Of a DNA stretch of 64,000 nt, positions 38,501 through 47,886 are shown in pieces (position 1 is the stretch's first letter; every line of letters starts with the position of its first letter). Location: the NCBI GenBank assembly GCA_041919015.1, contig JAYRUQ010000002.1:42943-106942 (forward strand), read 5' to 3'. The notes beneath the pieces were generated by a model. The model saw only the letters and a program-made list of their open reading frames with translations. It did no database searches and had not been told where the DNA came from. Source of the DNA: Inhella sp. (GTDB lineage: Bacteria; Pseudomonadota; Gammaproteobacteria; Burkholderiales; Burkholderiaceae_C). The translations under genes were made by a program, and so were the position numbers.

Positions 38501-40434
38501 CCCTTCGCCGCCGCACCACACTGACCGCCACTCTGGGGCTGGCCCTCTTGCCCGAGCTGCAGGCTCAGCCGGCCTCGTCCGCTTCCATCGCCATCGAACG
38601 CTTCTTCGAGCCTGCGCAGCTCAGCCAGGCCACGCTGAACCCTGCCGGCACCCATGTCGCGCTGTGTGTCGGCGGTGACGGTGCCAAGCGCCGACTGGTG
38701 GTGCTGGAGCTGGCGACGATGAAGGTGACGCCGGTGGCGGCCTTCAAGGAGGCCGACGTCAGCGATGCGGTGTGGATCAACGACCGCCGCCTCTACGTGG
38801 GCAGCCACGACGAATCGCGCGATCGCGACAACTGGCGCAGCCCACTGGGCTATGCGGTCGACGTCGACGGCGGGAACTTCCGCCGCCTCGATCACCGCCA
38901 CCCGGGGCTGCACGCCGCGCCGGGGCTCGGCGACGACCTGCTGTTCAGCTACCCGGCCGATCAGAGCGAGGGCTGGGGCCACCTGAAGTTGCAGCGCCTC
39001 AACACCCGAAACGGCGCCGCGCGCGAAGTCGACCTGCCGCCTTGGACGCAGTCCTTTGTCGTCGACAACAGCGGCGAGCCGGTGGCGGCCGTCACGGCGC
39101 GGGGCGACAAGGAGCAATTGCGCTGGCGTGGCGAGGCCAAGAGCGGCGCCGAATGGCGTGTGCTGAGCGAGACCGACCGCTTCTTCGGCGCCAGCGTGAT
39201 GCCTTGGCAGTACGGCCCCGACGGCAAGCTCTACGTGGTGTCGCGACGCGACAAGGACCTGGCAGCGCTCTACACCCTGGACCCGGTCAGCGCTCAGATC
39301 AGTGACCGACCGGTGCTGGCGCTGGCGCAGTTCGACATCGCACCGCAGCTGCTCTGGCACAAGAACCGGCTGGCCGGCGCCCAGGTGCGCGCCGATGCAC
39401 GCACCACGGTCTGGTTCGACGAGGTCTTCAAGGCCGTGCAGGCCAAGATCGACGCCAAGCTGCCGGCCACCACCAATCTGCTGCAGATCCCGCAGCAGGG
39501 CGATTCGCCCTGGGTGCTGGTGGTGGCCCACTCGGACACGCGGCCGATGCGCGCCTTCGCCTACCACCGCGAAGCCGACAAGCTCACGCTGCTGGGCAAT
39601 GCCCGATCGAAGATCGACCCGGCCACGCAGTCGGGCATGGACTTCCTGAGCTACAAGGCGCGCGACGGCCGTGTCATTCCGGCCTACCTGACGCTGCCGA
39701 GGTCGGCCGGTCCGGCGCCCAAAAAATTGCCCTTGGTGGTCTGGGTGCATGGCGGGCCCTTCGTCCGTGGTGGCGACTGGGAATGGCACCCGGAGGTGCA
39801 GTTCCTGGCCAGTCGCGGCTATGCGGTGCTGCAACCCGAATTCCGCGGCAGCGACGGCTTTGGCGACGCGCACCTGCGCGCCGGCTTCCAGCAATGGGGC
39901 CTGGCCATGCAGGACGATCTGGCCGACGGTGTCGAGCACCTGGTCCGCCAAGGCACCGTCGACCCGCAACGCGTGGCCATCCTCGGCGGTTCCTACGGCG
40001 GCTACGCCGCCATGATGGGCCTGGTGCGCCACCCCGAGCTGTACCGCTGCGCGATCAACTACGTGGGCGTGACCGACCTGAACCTGCTCGCCACGGCCAC
40101 CTGGGACGACATCTCGCCCATCTTCAAGCGCCTCGGGGTGAGCAAGATCATCGGCGACCCGCTCAAGGACGCCGAACGCTTCCACGCCACCTCGCCCATC
40201 CATCAGGCGGGGCGCATCGGCCAGCCGGTGCTCCTGGCCTATGGCCGCTACGACCAGCGCGTACCCATCGAGCACGGCGAGCGCATGCGCGACGCGCTCA
40301 AGGGCCACAACAAGGACCTGGAGTGGGTGCTGTACGACCACGAGGGTCACGGCTGGTACTGGCAGGACAACGTGCTGGACTTCTGGGGGCGCGTCGAGCG
40401 ATTCCTGGCCAGGCACATGACGCCCAAGGCGTGA
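38497..40434 (+). CDS. S9 prolyl-oligopeptidase-family peptidase, secreted
   Basis: Arg-rich signal peptide; VHGGP, GGSYGG, DQRV, EGHG catalytic triad. Confidence 0.9.
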   Translation: MTLRRRTTLTATLGLALLPELQAQPASSASIAIERFFEPAQLSQATLNPAGTHVALCVGGDGAKRRLVVLELATMKVTPVAAFKEADVSDAVWINDRRLYVGSHDESRDRDNWRSPLGYAVDVDGGNFRRLDHRHPGLHAAPGLGDDLLFSYPADQSEGWGHLKLQRLNTRNGAAREVDLPPWTQSFVVDNSGEPVAAVTARGDKEQLRWRGEAKSGAEWRVLSETDRFFGASVMPWQYGPDGKLYVVSRRDKDLAALYTLDPVSAQISDRPVLALAQFDIAPQLLWHKNRLAGAQVRADARTTVWFDEVFKAVQAKIDAKLPATTNLLQIPQQGDSPWVLVVAHSDTRPMRAFAYHREADKLTLLGNARSKIDPATQSGMDFLSYKARDGRVIPAYLTLPRSAGPAPKKLPLVVWVHGGPFVRGGDWEWHPEVQFLASRGYAVLQPEFRGSDGFGDAHLRAGFQQWGLAMQDDLADGVEHLVRQGTVDPQRVAILGGSYGGYAAMMGLVRHPELYRCAINYVGVTDLNLLATATWDDISPIFKRLGVSKIIGDPLKDAERFHATSPIHQAGRIGQPVLLAYGRYDQRVPIEHGERMRDALKGHNKDLEWVLYDHEGHGWYWQDNVLDFWGRVERFLARHMTPKA

Positions 40435-41195
40435 GGCAGCCGGTTCGCTTGCTGGTGACCGGCCTGTCCGGCACGCTGGCGCCCGTGCTGGCGCGCGCCG
40501 CGCGTGCGCACGGCCATGCCGTGCTGGGCTGGGACCACCGCAGCCTGGGTTTCGCCGACGCGCGCGCGTTCGATCGCCTGCGACCCGACGCCGTGGCGCA
40601 CCTGGCCACGGCCGGCGCCGAGGATTCGGCCCACCTGGCGCGGCTGGCGGCCGAGCGGGGACTGCCCTTCCTGCTCACCAGCAGCGCCATGGTCTTCCAT
40701 CACGCGCCGGACGGCCCGCATGCACCCACCGATGCCCGCAACGCGCAGGACGGCTATGGCCGCATGAAGATCGCCTGCGAGGACGCGGTGCGTGCCGCAC
40801 ACCCCGGTGCCAGCGTGGTGCGCATCGGCTGGCAGATCGACCCCGATGCGCGCGGCAACAACATGCTGGCCGAACTCGACCGTTGGCAGGCCCAGCAGGG
40901 CGAGGTGGCGGCCAGCAGCGCCTGGCGGCCCGCCTGTTCCTTCATGGGCGACAGCGCCGATGCGCTGCTTGGTCTGCTGGGGCAGGCCGGCATCCACCAT
41001 CTCGACAGCAATGCCGACGAGGCCTGGCGCTTCGACGAACTGGTGGCGGCCCTGGCGCGGCGCTTCGACCGGCGCTGGCGCCTGCGCGTGCACGCCGACT
41101 ACCGGCACGACCAGCGCCTGCTGGGCGGTCCGCCGGGTCTGCCGCCGCTGTCCCGTCGACTCGGCCCGCGCGAGCCGGACCGGCCAGGCGGCTGA
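40431..41195 (+). CDS. NAD(P)-dependent oxidoreductase, RmlD-like extended SDR
   Basis: GTGA overlap; LLVTGLSGTL, SSAMVF, YGRMK (YxxxK). Confidence 0.75.
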   Translation: MRQPVRLLVTGLSGTLAPVLARAARAHGHAVLGWDHRSLGFADARAFDRLRPDAVAHLATAGAEDSAHLARLAAERGLPFLLTSSAMVFHHAPDGPHAPTDARNAQDGYGRMKIACEDAVRAAHPGASVVRIGWQIDPDARGNNMLAELDRWQAQQGEVAASSAWRPACSFMGDSADALLGLLGQAGIHHLDSNADEAWRFDELVAALARRFDRRWRLRVHADYRHDQRLLGGPPGLPPLSRRLGPREPDRPGG

Positions 41196-41200
41196 GAGGC

Positions 41201-43114
41201 TCAGGGGGGCGGCGCGATGCCGCTGTCGTCCATCCAGCCCATCAGCGCGCGCTGCAGCAGATTGGCCTCGCGCAACTCGGTGGCCAGGCCCTCGGCGCGC
41301 AGGCGCAGCAGCGCGCGCCCGGTCAGCGAGTGCGAGCCGCCCGACAGGTTGGACGCGAACATGAAGAACTGGCCGTTCTCGCTGCGCCAGCTCAGGCGCG
41401 CGGTGGCCCATTGGCCCTGCAGGAAGAGTTTGCAGCGCATGCCCACCTGCAATTCCTGCAGCCAGCGTTGCCCCTCGCTGGCGCGGGCCTGCTCGTCGAG
41501 CCCCATCGGCACGGTGGGCAGCATGCCGACGTTGGTGTCCATGGGGGCGGGCGGGCGCCAGGAGTCGGCCGGCTGCTCGAACAAATCGCTGCCCAGCCAG
41601 TCCGTGGAGGCCGGGTGCGGAGGCTCGACCCGCTCGGGCTGGTCGACGGCCGCAGGCGGCGAACCCGGCGCGCGCAGCAGGCGCTCGTGGCTCTGCATCA
41701 GCACGTCGAGCAATTCCTTCTGCGCGGCCTCGGGCAGTTCGATCAGCGCCATGCCGGCGCGCAGCCGCGCCACCAGTTCGGGCAGGCTGCGCACCAGGCG
41801 GCGGCGTCCGGCCTCGTCGTCGGGCGGGCGCAGGCTGGCCAGCAGTTCGTCCACGCACTGCACCATGCGCACGCTCTGCGCTGCCTCGGTGCCTTCGCGC
41901 ACCATGGTGCGCGCCATCACCTGGGTCCAGTGTTCGGTCAGGAAGCGGCGCAGCGGCGGCGCCACGTTGAGCTCACGGCCGCTGAGCTGGTGCTGCACCT
42001 GCTGGCGCAGCAAGGGCAGCAGGGCCTGTTCGCGCTCGACGCGCTCGAGCGCCTGGCGCTGCGTGGCGGTGAGCGCCAACTGGTCTTCGGCGTCGCGGTC
42101 GATGTAGGCCTGTACATCGTCGAGCGCGCGGCTGAACTGCTCGGGCCGCGGCTGCTCGGGCGACGAGACACGATCGACCAAGGCCTCGACGAAGACCGCG
42201 AAATCGGTGCTGCGCACGCCGTCGTCGGCGGGCAATTCGGCGCCGTGGGCGGCAATCGCGTTGAGCAGCTTCCAGGTTGGATGGTCGTCCTGGCTGAGCA
42301 GGGCCGGATCGACCTGCGCGAGCCGCCGTACCACCGCCTCCAGCCGGCGCACCGCGGTCTGCAGCCCGGCGTCGAGCGCCGGGTCATGGCCCATCTTGCG
42401 AAACAGCTGCTGCACCAGCACCTCGGGCGCGGGCTGGGCGACGTTGCGCAGGCTGGCCTGCGGCGCGCTGCCTCTGCCGGGGGGGCGCAGCACGGCCGGC
42501 TTGGCACCGGCGCCGCGCAAGGTTTCGGCTGCCTGACGGTAGAGGAGCTTCACCGCGCCGACCGCCAGCGGTCCGGCCAGACGCATCAGCTCGGCACGCT
42601 GAACCGGCAGGATGGCCCAATCGGCGACGGCCGCACCGATGGCGCGCGCCAGCACCAAGGGGTGAGCCGGGTAGCGCTGGGGTTCGAGCGCGGCGTCGGC
42701 GCCGCCCTGCCGGTGGGCGCCGCTGGCCAGCGCGAACAACTCCTGCCACTCGGTCTCGCAGCGCAGATCGATCTGCTGGGCGATGCGCGACACCTCGATG
42801 TCGCGCTCGGCCTGCTCCTCGTCGACCAGCGCGAGCGCGTCCAGGCTGACGCGCTGGCCGGGCGGCGCGGCCGGCGTAACGGGGCGCTGCGCCGCGTCCA
42901 TGCCGTGTTGCAAGGCCTGCAGCAGCGCCTGCAGCAGTCGACCCCGCTCGGCCTGCATCTGCGTGGCCCAGGTCTGCGCGCGTCGGCTCTCCTCGGCGGT
43001 GGCGCCGCTGCGCGTCTGGCGCAGTTCGCGCGGCCAGCCATCCACCAGGGTTTCGGCGAGCAGGACGAGGCTGTGGCGCAGCGCTTGAAGGTGCAGAGGG
43101 TAGGTGGCGGTCAT
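41201..43114 (-). CDS. DUF1631-like helical protein
   Basis: 637-aa ORF; LALVDEEQAERDIE, HPTWKLLN, FLTEHWTQV, C-terminal ARLSWRS..FFMF. Confidence 0.7.
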   Translation of the reverse strand: MTATYPLHLQALRHSLVLLAETLVDGWPRELRQTRSGATAEESRRAQTWATQMQAERGRLLQALLQALQHGMDAAQRPVTPAAPPGQRVSLDALALVDEEQAERDIEVSRIAQQIDLRCETEWQELFALASGAHRQGGADAALEPQRYPAHPLVLARAIGAAVADWAILPVQRAELMRLAGPLAVGAVKLLYRQAAETLRGAGAKPAVLRPPGRGSAPQASLRNVAQPAPEVLVQQLFRKMGHDPALDAGLQTAVRRLEAVVRRLAQVDPALLSQDDHPTWKLLNAIAAHGAELPADDGVRSTDFAVFVEALVDRVSSPEQPRPEQFSRALDDVQAYIDRDAEDQLALTATQRQALERVEREQALLPLLRQQVQHQLSGRELNVAPPLRRFLTEHWTQVMARTMVREGTEAAQSVRMVQCVDELLASLRPPDDEAGRRRLVRSLPELVARLRAGMALIELPEAAQKELLDVLMQSHERLLRAPGSPPAAVDQPERVEPPHPASTDWLGSDLFEQPADSWRPPAPMDTNVGMLPTVPMGLDEQARASEGQRWLQELQVGMRCKLFLQGQWATARLSWRSENGQFFMFASNLSGGSHSLTGRALLRLRAEGLATELREANLLQRALMGWMDDSGIAPPP

Positions 43115-43156
43115 GGCGCGGGCGTGGGGGCTGGCGCGACTGTAGGGCTGCCGCCG

Positions 43157-44035
43157 CTACACCAGACCCGGCCAGTCCCTTGCGCCGGCCAACCGTTGTG
43201 CTGTCGCGATGGCGCTCGCCAGCGCCTCAGGCAGCGGGCCACGCGCCAGTGCGGCCTGGGCCTCGTGCAGGCGCGTCAGGCTGCGCGTGCCCAGCAGCAC
43301 GCTGCTGACGCCCTCCTGAAAGGCGCTCCAGCGCAAGGCCAGCTCGCTCCAGGGCAGCGCAGGCTCGGGCAAGGCCAGTGCCTGCCAGCGGTCCCAGTAG
43401 CGGCCCTCGCAGAAGTCCTCGGGGCGCTGTGCCTGCGCCCAGGCCCGGCCGGCCAGCGCGCGCTTGACCAGCACGCCCTTGCGCGTGCCCGTGAGTTGCT
43501 GCCCGTTGGCCGGGTCGACCAGGCTGAGGCTGCATTGCACGCTGCCGAAACGCGGGTCGGCCAGCGCCTGTGCCAGCTCGGCGTTCTCACCCGAATAGGC
43601 GGCCACGCGCAGCTTGCCGGCGCGCACGCAGTCGGCCAGCGCCTGGCTCACCTCGCCGCGCTGCAGCAGCGGCAGCGGGCAGGAGTGCAGGTGGCCGATG
43701 TCGATGTACTCGGTGCGCAGCTCGCGCAGCGCGCGCTCCACGCCCTGCACGATGCAGGGGTAGGTCCAGTCGGCCACGCCCTCGACGCCGTAGCCGAACT
43801 TGGTGGAGAGCACGAACTCGGCGCGCCGCCCGGCCAGATGGCGGCCGATGCGCGCCTCGCTGCGGCCGTAGCCGCGCGCGGTGTCGATCAGGGTCACGCC
43901 GGCGTCCAGCACGCCGTTGAGCAGCCGGCCGACCTCGGCCTCGTCGTCGATGGCGTCGAAGTGCATGGCGCCGAAGCCCAGCGGGCTGACGGACAGCCCG
44001 GTGTCGCCGAGCGCACGGAGCGCACGCGGCGTCAT
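43157..44035 (-). CDS. Aldo/keto reductase
   Basis: LGDTGLSVSPLGFG, IDTARGYG, STKFG, SVLLG; ATGA overlap with the GH13 gene. Confidence 0.88.
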   Translation of the reverse strand: MTPRALRALGDTGLSVSPLGFGAMHFDAIDDEAEVGRLLNGVLDAGVTLIDTARGYGRSEARIGRHLAGRRAEFVLSTKFGYGVEGVADWTYPCIVQGVERALRELRTEYIDIGHLHSCPLPLLQRGEVSQALADCVRAGKLRVAAYSGENAELAQALADPRFGSVQCSLSLVDPANGQQLTGTRKGVLVKRALAGRAWAQAQRPEDFCEGRYWDRWQALALPEPALPWSELALRWSAFQEGVSSVLLGTRSLTRLHEAQAALARGPLPEALASAIATAQRLAGARDWPGLV

Positions 44036-46743
44036 GGCTGCAACAGCAGGATGCGACCGGAGAGCGCCGGCAGCTCGATGGCGTCGAGCCGCACCGCGCT
44101 GCCGTCGAACAGATCCTTCCAGCGGCCCTGCAGCGGCAGGTTGACCGTCTGCGCGCTGCGGCGGTTGGACAGCAGCACCAGCGCGCGCTCTTGCCCCAGC
44201 ACGCGCTCGAAGACGATCAGGTCGTCGCTCACGCGCAGCGGCGCCGTCAGCCGGCCGCGGCGCAGCACCGCATGCGCGTTGCGCGCCTGCAGCAGGCGCT
44301 GGAAGGCGGCGCGCAGCGCCAGATCGGGTTGTCCCCCTTCGTCGGCCCAGGGGTAGGTGGCGCGGTTGTAGGGGTCGTCGCCGCCGCCCACGCCGACCTC
44401 GTCGCCGTAGTAGACGGTGGGGGCGCCGGGGAAGGCGACCTGGAACAACAGGGCCAGCAGCAGGCGCTGCTTGGCCTCGCGCAGCTTCTCGGGGTCGATG
44501 CCCGTGGCGGTGTGCGGATCGCCGTGGATGCCGAAGTGGTGCAGCGCGCGCGCCTGGTCGTGCGTGGACAGCAGGTTCATGTTGGCGTGCAGCATGGCCG
44601 CCGGGTAGGCCTCGCGCGTCAGCTCCAGATTCGCCATCACGCCCTGCGCCTTGCCGCCCGCCGCGAAGTCGAGCACGGCGTTCCTGAAGATGTAGTTCAT
44701 CGTCGAGTCGAACATGTCGCCGAGGAAGTACTTGCTGGCGTCGAACCAGGTCTCGGCCACGGTCAGTGCGTCGGGCCGGGTCTCCTTCACGGCGGCGCTC
44801 CACTCGCGCCAGAAGTCGTCGTTGACCCAGGGGGCGACGTCCATGCGCCAGCCGCTGGCTCCTGCACGCAGCCAGTGGCGCGTCACCGAGTCGGGGGCGC
44901 GGTAGGCAAAGTCGCGCCAGGCCGGGCTGTCCTTGTTCAGTTCGGGCAGATCCTTGACGCCGACCCAGCCCTGGTACTGCTCGCTGGGGTCCTTCTTCGA
45001 GGGGTCGAACAGGAACCAGCTGAAGTAGGGGCTGCTCGGGTTGGGCTTGCCGTTGGCGAAGGCGCCGTCACTCTGGCCATCCGGGCCTGCGAAGTTGCCG
45101 AAGCGGTCGAAGTAGCGCGAGTCCGATCCGACATGGTTCAGCGAGGTGTCGGGAATGACGCGCAAGCCGCGCTTGGCGGCTTCCTCGGTGAGGCGGCGGA
45201 AATCGGCGTTGCGGCCGAAGCCCGGGTCGATGGCCTTGTAGTCGGCGGTGTCGTACTTGTGGTTGCTGGCGGCGTGGAACACCGGCGTCAGGTACAGGGT
45301 GTTGGCGCCGAGGCTCTTGATCTCGTCGAGCTTGTCGATGATGCCGGCCAGATCGCCGCCGAAGAAGTCGTTGTTGTAGACCGCGTCGCCGCTCTCGCCG
45401 GGGCGGTGCGGCCGCTCGATCCACTGGGCATGGCGCTCGACGGCGTGGTTTTGGTAGCGCGCGCGCCCGGGCAGCGGGTCGTTGGTCTTGTCGCCGTTCC
45501 TGAAGCGCTCGGGGAAGATGTAGTAGTAGACGACGTCGGCCGCCCAGTCGGGCACGCGCAGGTTTTCGAGATGGATGGTCTGGCGGTAGCGGCGCACGCG
45601 CTTGGGGTTGTCGGGCAGGGCCTCGACCACGCCGGCGCCCATCGAGCCCTTCTCGCGCGTCCAGTGCACGGCGTCGCGGTTGTTCTGCAGCGCATAACGG
45701 CCCTCGGGCGTCTCGAGCTCGAACCAGTAGCCGTAGACGCCGGCCTCGGCGAAACGCTGGCTGGCGCTGAAGAAGTCGCCGTCGCGCTGCATGGGCACGC
45801 GCGCCAGCGGCAGGTAGTCAAGCTGCTCCTGGTTGCCGCTCATGCGGCGCTGCTCGACCACCAGGGTGACCGCGCGGGCGCCTGGCGCCGCGACGCGAAA
45901 GCCCAGCTCGCTGCCGCGCGGCTGCGCGCCGAAGGGCCATTTGTGCTTCAGGTCGCGCGAGTTGAAGCGCGCCGCCAGCGCCACCTTGTCGGTGATGGCG
46001 CTCTGGCTGGCGTCGACGAAGGTCTTGGGGCCGATCTCGAGACGCGGCCGGCCCTGGGCGTCGAAGCGCAGGCTCAGGGTGTGCGCGCCGCTGAAGGCGC
46101 GGGTGAAATTGCCTTGTCCACCCTGGGCCTCGAGCGCCGCCTTGCCCTGGGCGTTGGCCGCCACGATGCTGGGCTTGGACCAGGCGGCGTCGCCGATCTT
46201 GAAGTCGTGGCGGCTCGTCAGCTCGACGTTCAGCAGGTAGGCGTCGCAGTGCCAGCGAAACGCGTAGTCGTCGAGCGCGGCCCAGTTGTTCATGGTGCCG
46301 CGCAGGTAGAGCTGGGTGTCGCCCAGCGGCGGCATGGACGCGCAGTCGCTCATGGTCAGCCTGGGGGTGTTCTTCGTGAAACGGAGGACGAGGCGCTTGG
46401 GTCCACCGTCGAAATGCTGCTCGATGGCGGCGCCACGCGGCAGCAGTTGCGGCGGCAGGCCGCGCGCAAAGCCCACAGGCCGACCCCAGTCGGCATCAGA
46501 ACTCCAGTCGTCGTCGGCAATCTTGAAGCTCTGCTCGCCCTTGGGCGGCGAGGCCACCAGCTCGTAGCGGTCGCAGCGCCAGACCATGCGCCAGGCTTCA
46601 GCGGCGCTCCAGGCATTGAAACTGCCGCGCAGATAGAGGTCGCGCGCGCCCAACGGCGGCTTGCTGCATTGGGCCGCTGCGGCGACGGGCGTGAGACAGG
46701 CCGATGCGATCAGGGCGCCGAACAGTAGTTTGGAGGACGTCAT
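44032..46743 (-). CDS. Secreted GH13 alpha-glucan hydrolase (neopullulanase/amylopullulanase-like) with two N-terminal repeat modules
   Basis: Signal peptide; YYIFPERF, GGDLAGI, SNHKYDT, GWRMDVA, AETW, STHD, VYYGDE. Confidence 0.92.
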   Translation of the reverse strand: MTSSKLLFGALIASACLTPVAAAAQCSKPPLGARDLYLRGSFNAWSAAEAWRMVWRCDRYELVASPPKGEQSFKIADDDWSSDADWGRPVGFARGLPPQLLPRGAAIEQHFDGGPKRLVLRFTKNTPRLTMSDCASMPPLGDTQLYLRGTMNNWAALDDYAFRWHCDAYLLNVELTSRHDFKIGDAAWSKPSIVAANAQGKAALEAQGGQGNFTRAFSGAHTLSLRFDAQGRPRLEIGPKTFVDASQSAITDKVALAARFNSRDLKHKWPFGAQPRGSELGFRVAAPGARAVTLVVEQRRMSGNQEQLDYLPLARVPMQRDGDFFSASQRFAEAGVYGYWFELETPEGRYALQNNRDAVHWTREKGSMGAGVVEALPDNPKRVRRYRQTIHLENLRVPDWAADVVYYYIFPERFRNGDKTNDPLPGRARYQNHAVERHAQWIERPHRPGESGDAVYNNDFFGGDLAGIIDKLDEIKSLGANTLYLTPVFHAASNHKYDTADYKAIDPGFGRNADFRRLTEEAAKRGLRVIPDTSLNHVGSDSRYFDRFGNFAGPDGQSDGAFANGKPNPSSPYFSWFLFDPSKKDPSEQYQGWVGVKDLPELNKDSPAWRDFAYRAPDSVTRHWLRAGASGWRMDVAPWVNDDFWREWSAAVKETRPDALTVAETWFDASKYFLGDMFDSTMNYIFRNAVLDFAAGGKAQGVMANLELTREAYPAAMLHANMNLLSTHDQARALHHFGIHGDPHTATGIDPEKLREAKQRLLLALLFQVAFPGAPTVYYGDEVGVGGGDDPYNRATYPWADEGGQPDLALRAAFQRLLQARNAHAVLRRGRLTAPLRVSDDLIVFERVLGQERALVLLSNRRSAQTVNLPLQGRWKDLFDGSAVRLDAIELPALSGRILLLQP

Positions 46744-46814
46744 GCGGCATGGGGAGGGGTTTGAGGGCGCGCAGCACCTGCCTCGGCAGGGGCGCGACGA
46801 GTTCGGTGCCGCCT

Positions 46815-46988
46815 GCCTGCGCCAGCGCCCAGCCAGCCGCCGCAAGACGGCTGCTGTCCTTCGGCCGGGGTCGGCGAGTCCGCAGGGACTCGCCTCGCTT
46901 GCGGCCTGCGCAAGCGCCCAGCCAGCCGCCGCAAGACGGCTGCTGTCCTTCGGCCGGGGTCGGCGAGTCCGCAGGGACTCGCCTCGCT
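46815..46988. repeat. Two tandem 85-bp hairpin-rich copies at 89-bp period (REP-like)
   Basis: 46815-46899 and 46904-46988 differ at one position; each contains GGCGAGTCC-GCAG-GGACTCGCC and AGCCGCC-GCAA-GACGGCT stems. Confidence 0.9.
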
Positions 46989-46994
46989 CCGGCC

Positions 46995-47885
46995 TCAGCC
47001 TTTCACCCCGCCGGCGGTGAGGCCGGAGACGATCCAGCGCTGCGCGGCCAGGAACACCAGGGTGATGGGCAGACCCGACAGCACGGCGGCCGCGGCGAAG
47101 TCGCCCCACAGGAAGCGCTGGTCGTTCAGGTAGTACTTGGTGCCCACCGCCAGCGTCAGGTTGGACTCCTCGCGCAGCAGCACCGAGGCCACCGGGTAGT
47201 CGATGATGGTGCCGATGAAGGCGAGCACGAACACGACCACCAGGATCGGCACCGCCATCGGCAGCAGCACATGGCGGAAGGCCTGCCAGTGCGTGGCGCC
47301 GTCGACCTTGGCGTTCTCCTCGATCTCCACCGGGATGGTCTCGAAGTAGCCCTTGATGGTCCAGATGTGCGTGGCCACGCCGCCGAGGTACGCCACGATC
47401 AGCCCGGCATGCGTCTCCACGCCCAGCCAGGGGATGTAGGCGCCGATGGTCTCGAAGATGGCGAAGATGGCGACGAGCGCCAGCACCACCGGGAACATCT
47501 GCAGCAGCAGCATGCTGTTGAGCAGGCCGGCCTTGAAGGGAAAGCGCAGGCGCGCGAAGGCGTAGGCGGCGGTGGTGGAGATGGCGACGATGAGGGCCGC
47601 CGAGATGGTCGCCACCTTGATCGAATTCCACAGCCACAGCAGCACCGGGAAGGGCGGCTCGACCAGCGAGCCGTCCTTGCCTTGGTAGCTGATGCCCAGC
47701 GCCAGCTTCCAGTGCTCGAGCGAGATGTCGGTCGGGATCAGGCTGCCGGTGGCGAAGTTGCCGGGCCGCAGGCTGATGCTGAGCACCGCCAGCAGCGGGA
47801 ACAGGGTGACGGCGATGAGCGCCCACAGGAAGGCGTGCGCCGCGAACACACGCCACTTCTGGTTCTTGCTTTGGACGATGGCCAT
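46995..47885 (-). CDS. malG: Maltose/maltodextrin ABC transporter permease
   Basis: [34 protein letters not shown] (EAA loop), GLTAGGVKG. Confidence 0.93.
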   Translation of the reverse strand: MAIVQSKNQKWRVFAAHAFLWALIAVTLFPLLAVLSISLRPGNFATGSLIPTDISLEHWKLALGISYQGKDGSLVEPPFPVLLWLWNSIKVATISAALIVAISTTAAYAFARLRFPFKAGLLNSMLLLQMFPVVLALVAIFAIFETIGAYIPWLGVETHAGLIVAYLGGVATHIWTIKGYFETIPVEIEENAKVDGATHWQAFRHVLLPMAVPILVVVFVLAFIGTIIDYPVASVLLREESNLTLAVGTKYYLNDQRFLWGDFAAAAVLSGLPITLVFLAAQRWIVSGLTAGGVKG

Positions 47886-47886
47886 G

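Noticed and set aside
46815-46988. CRISPR interpretation of the tandem repeat
   Set aside because: Only two units, no unique spacers, no cas genes
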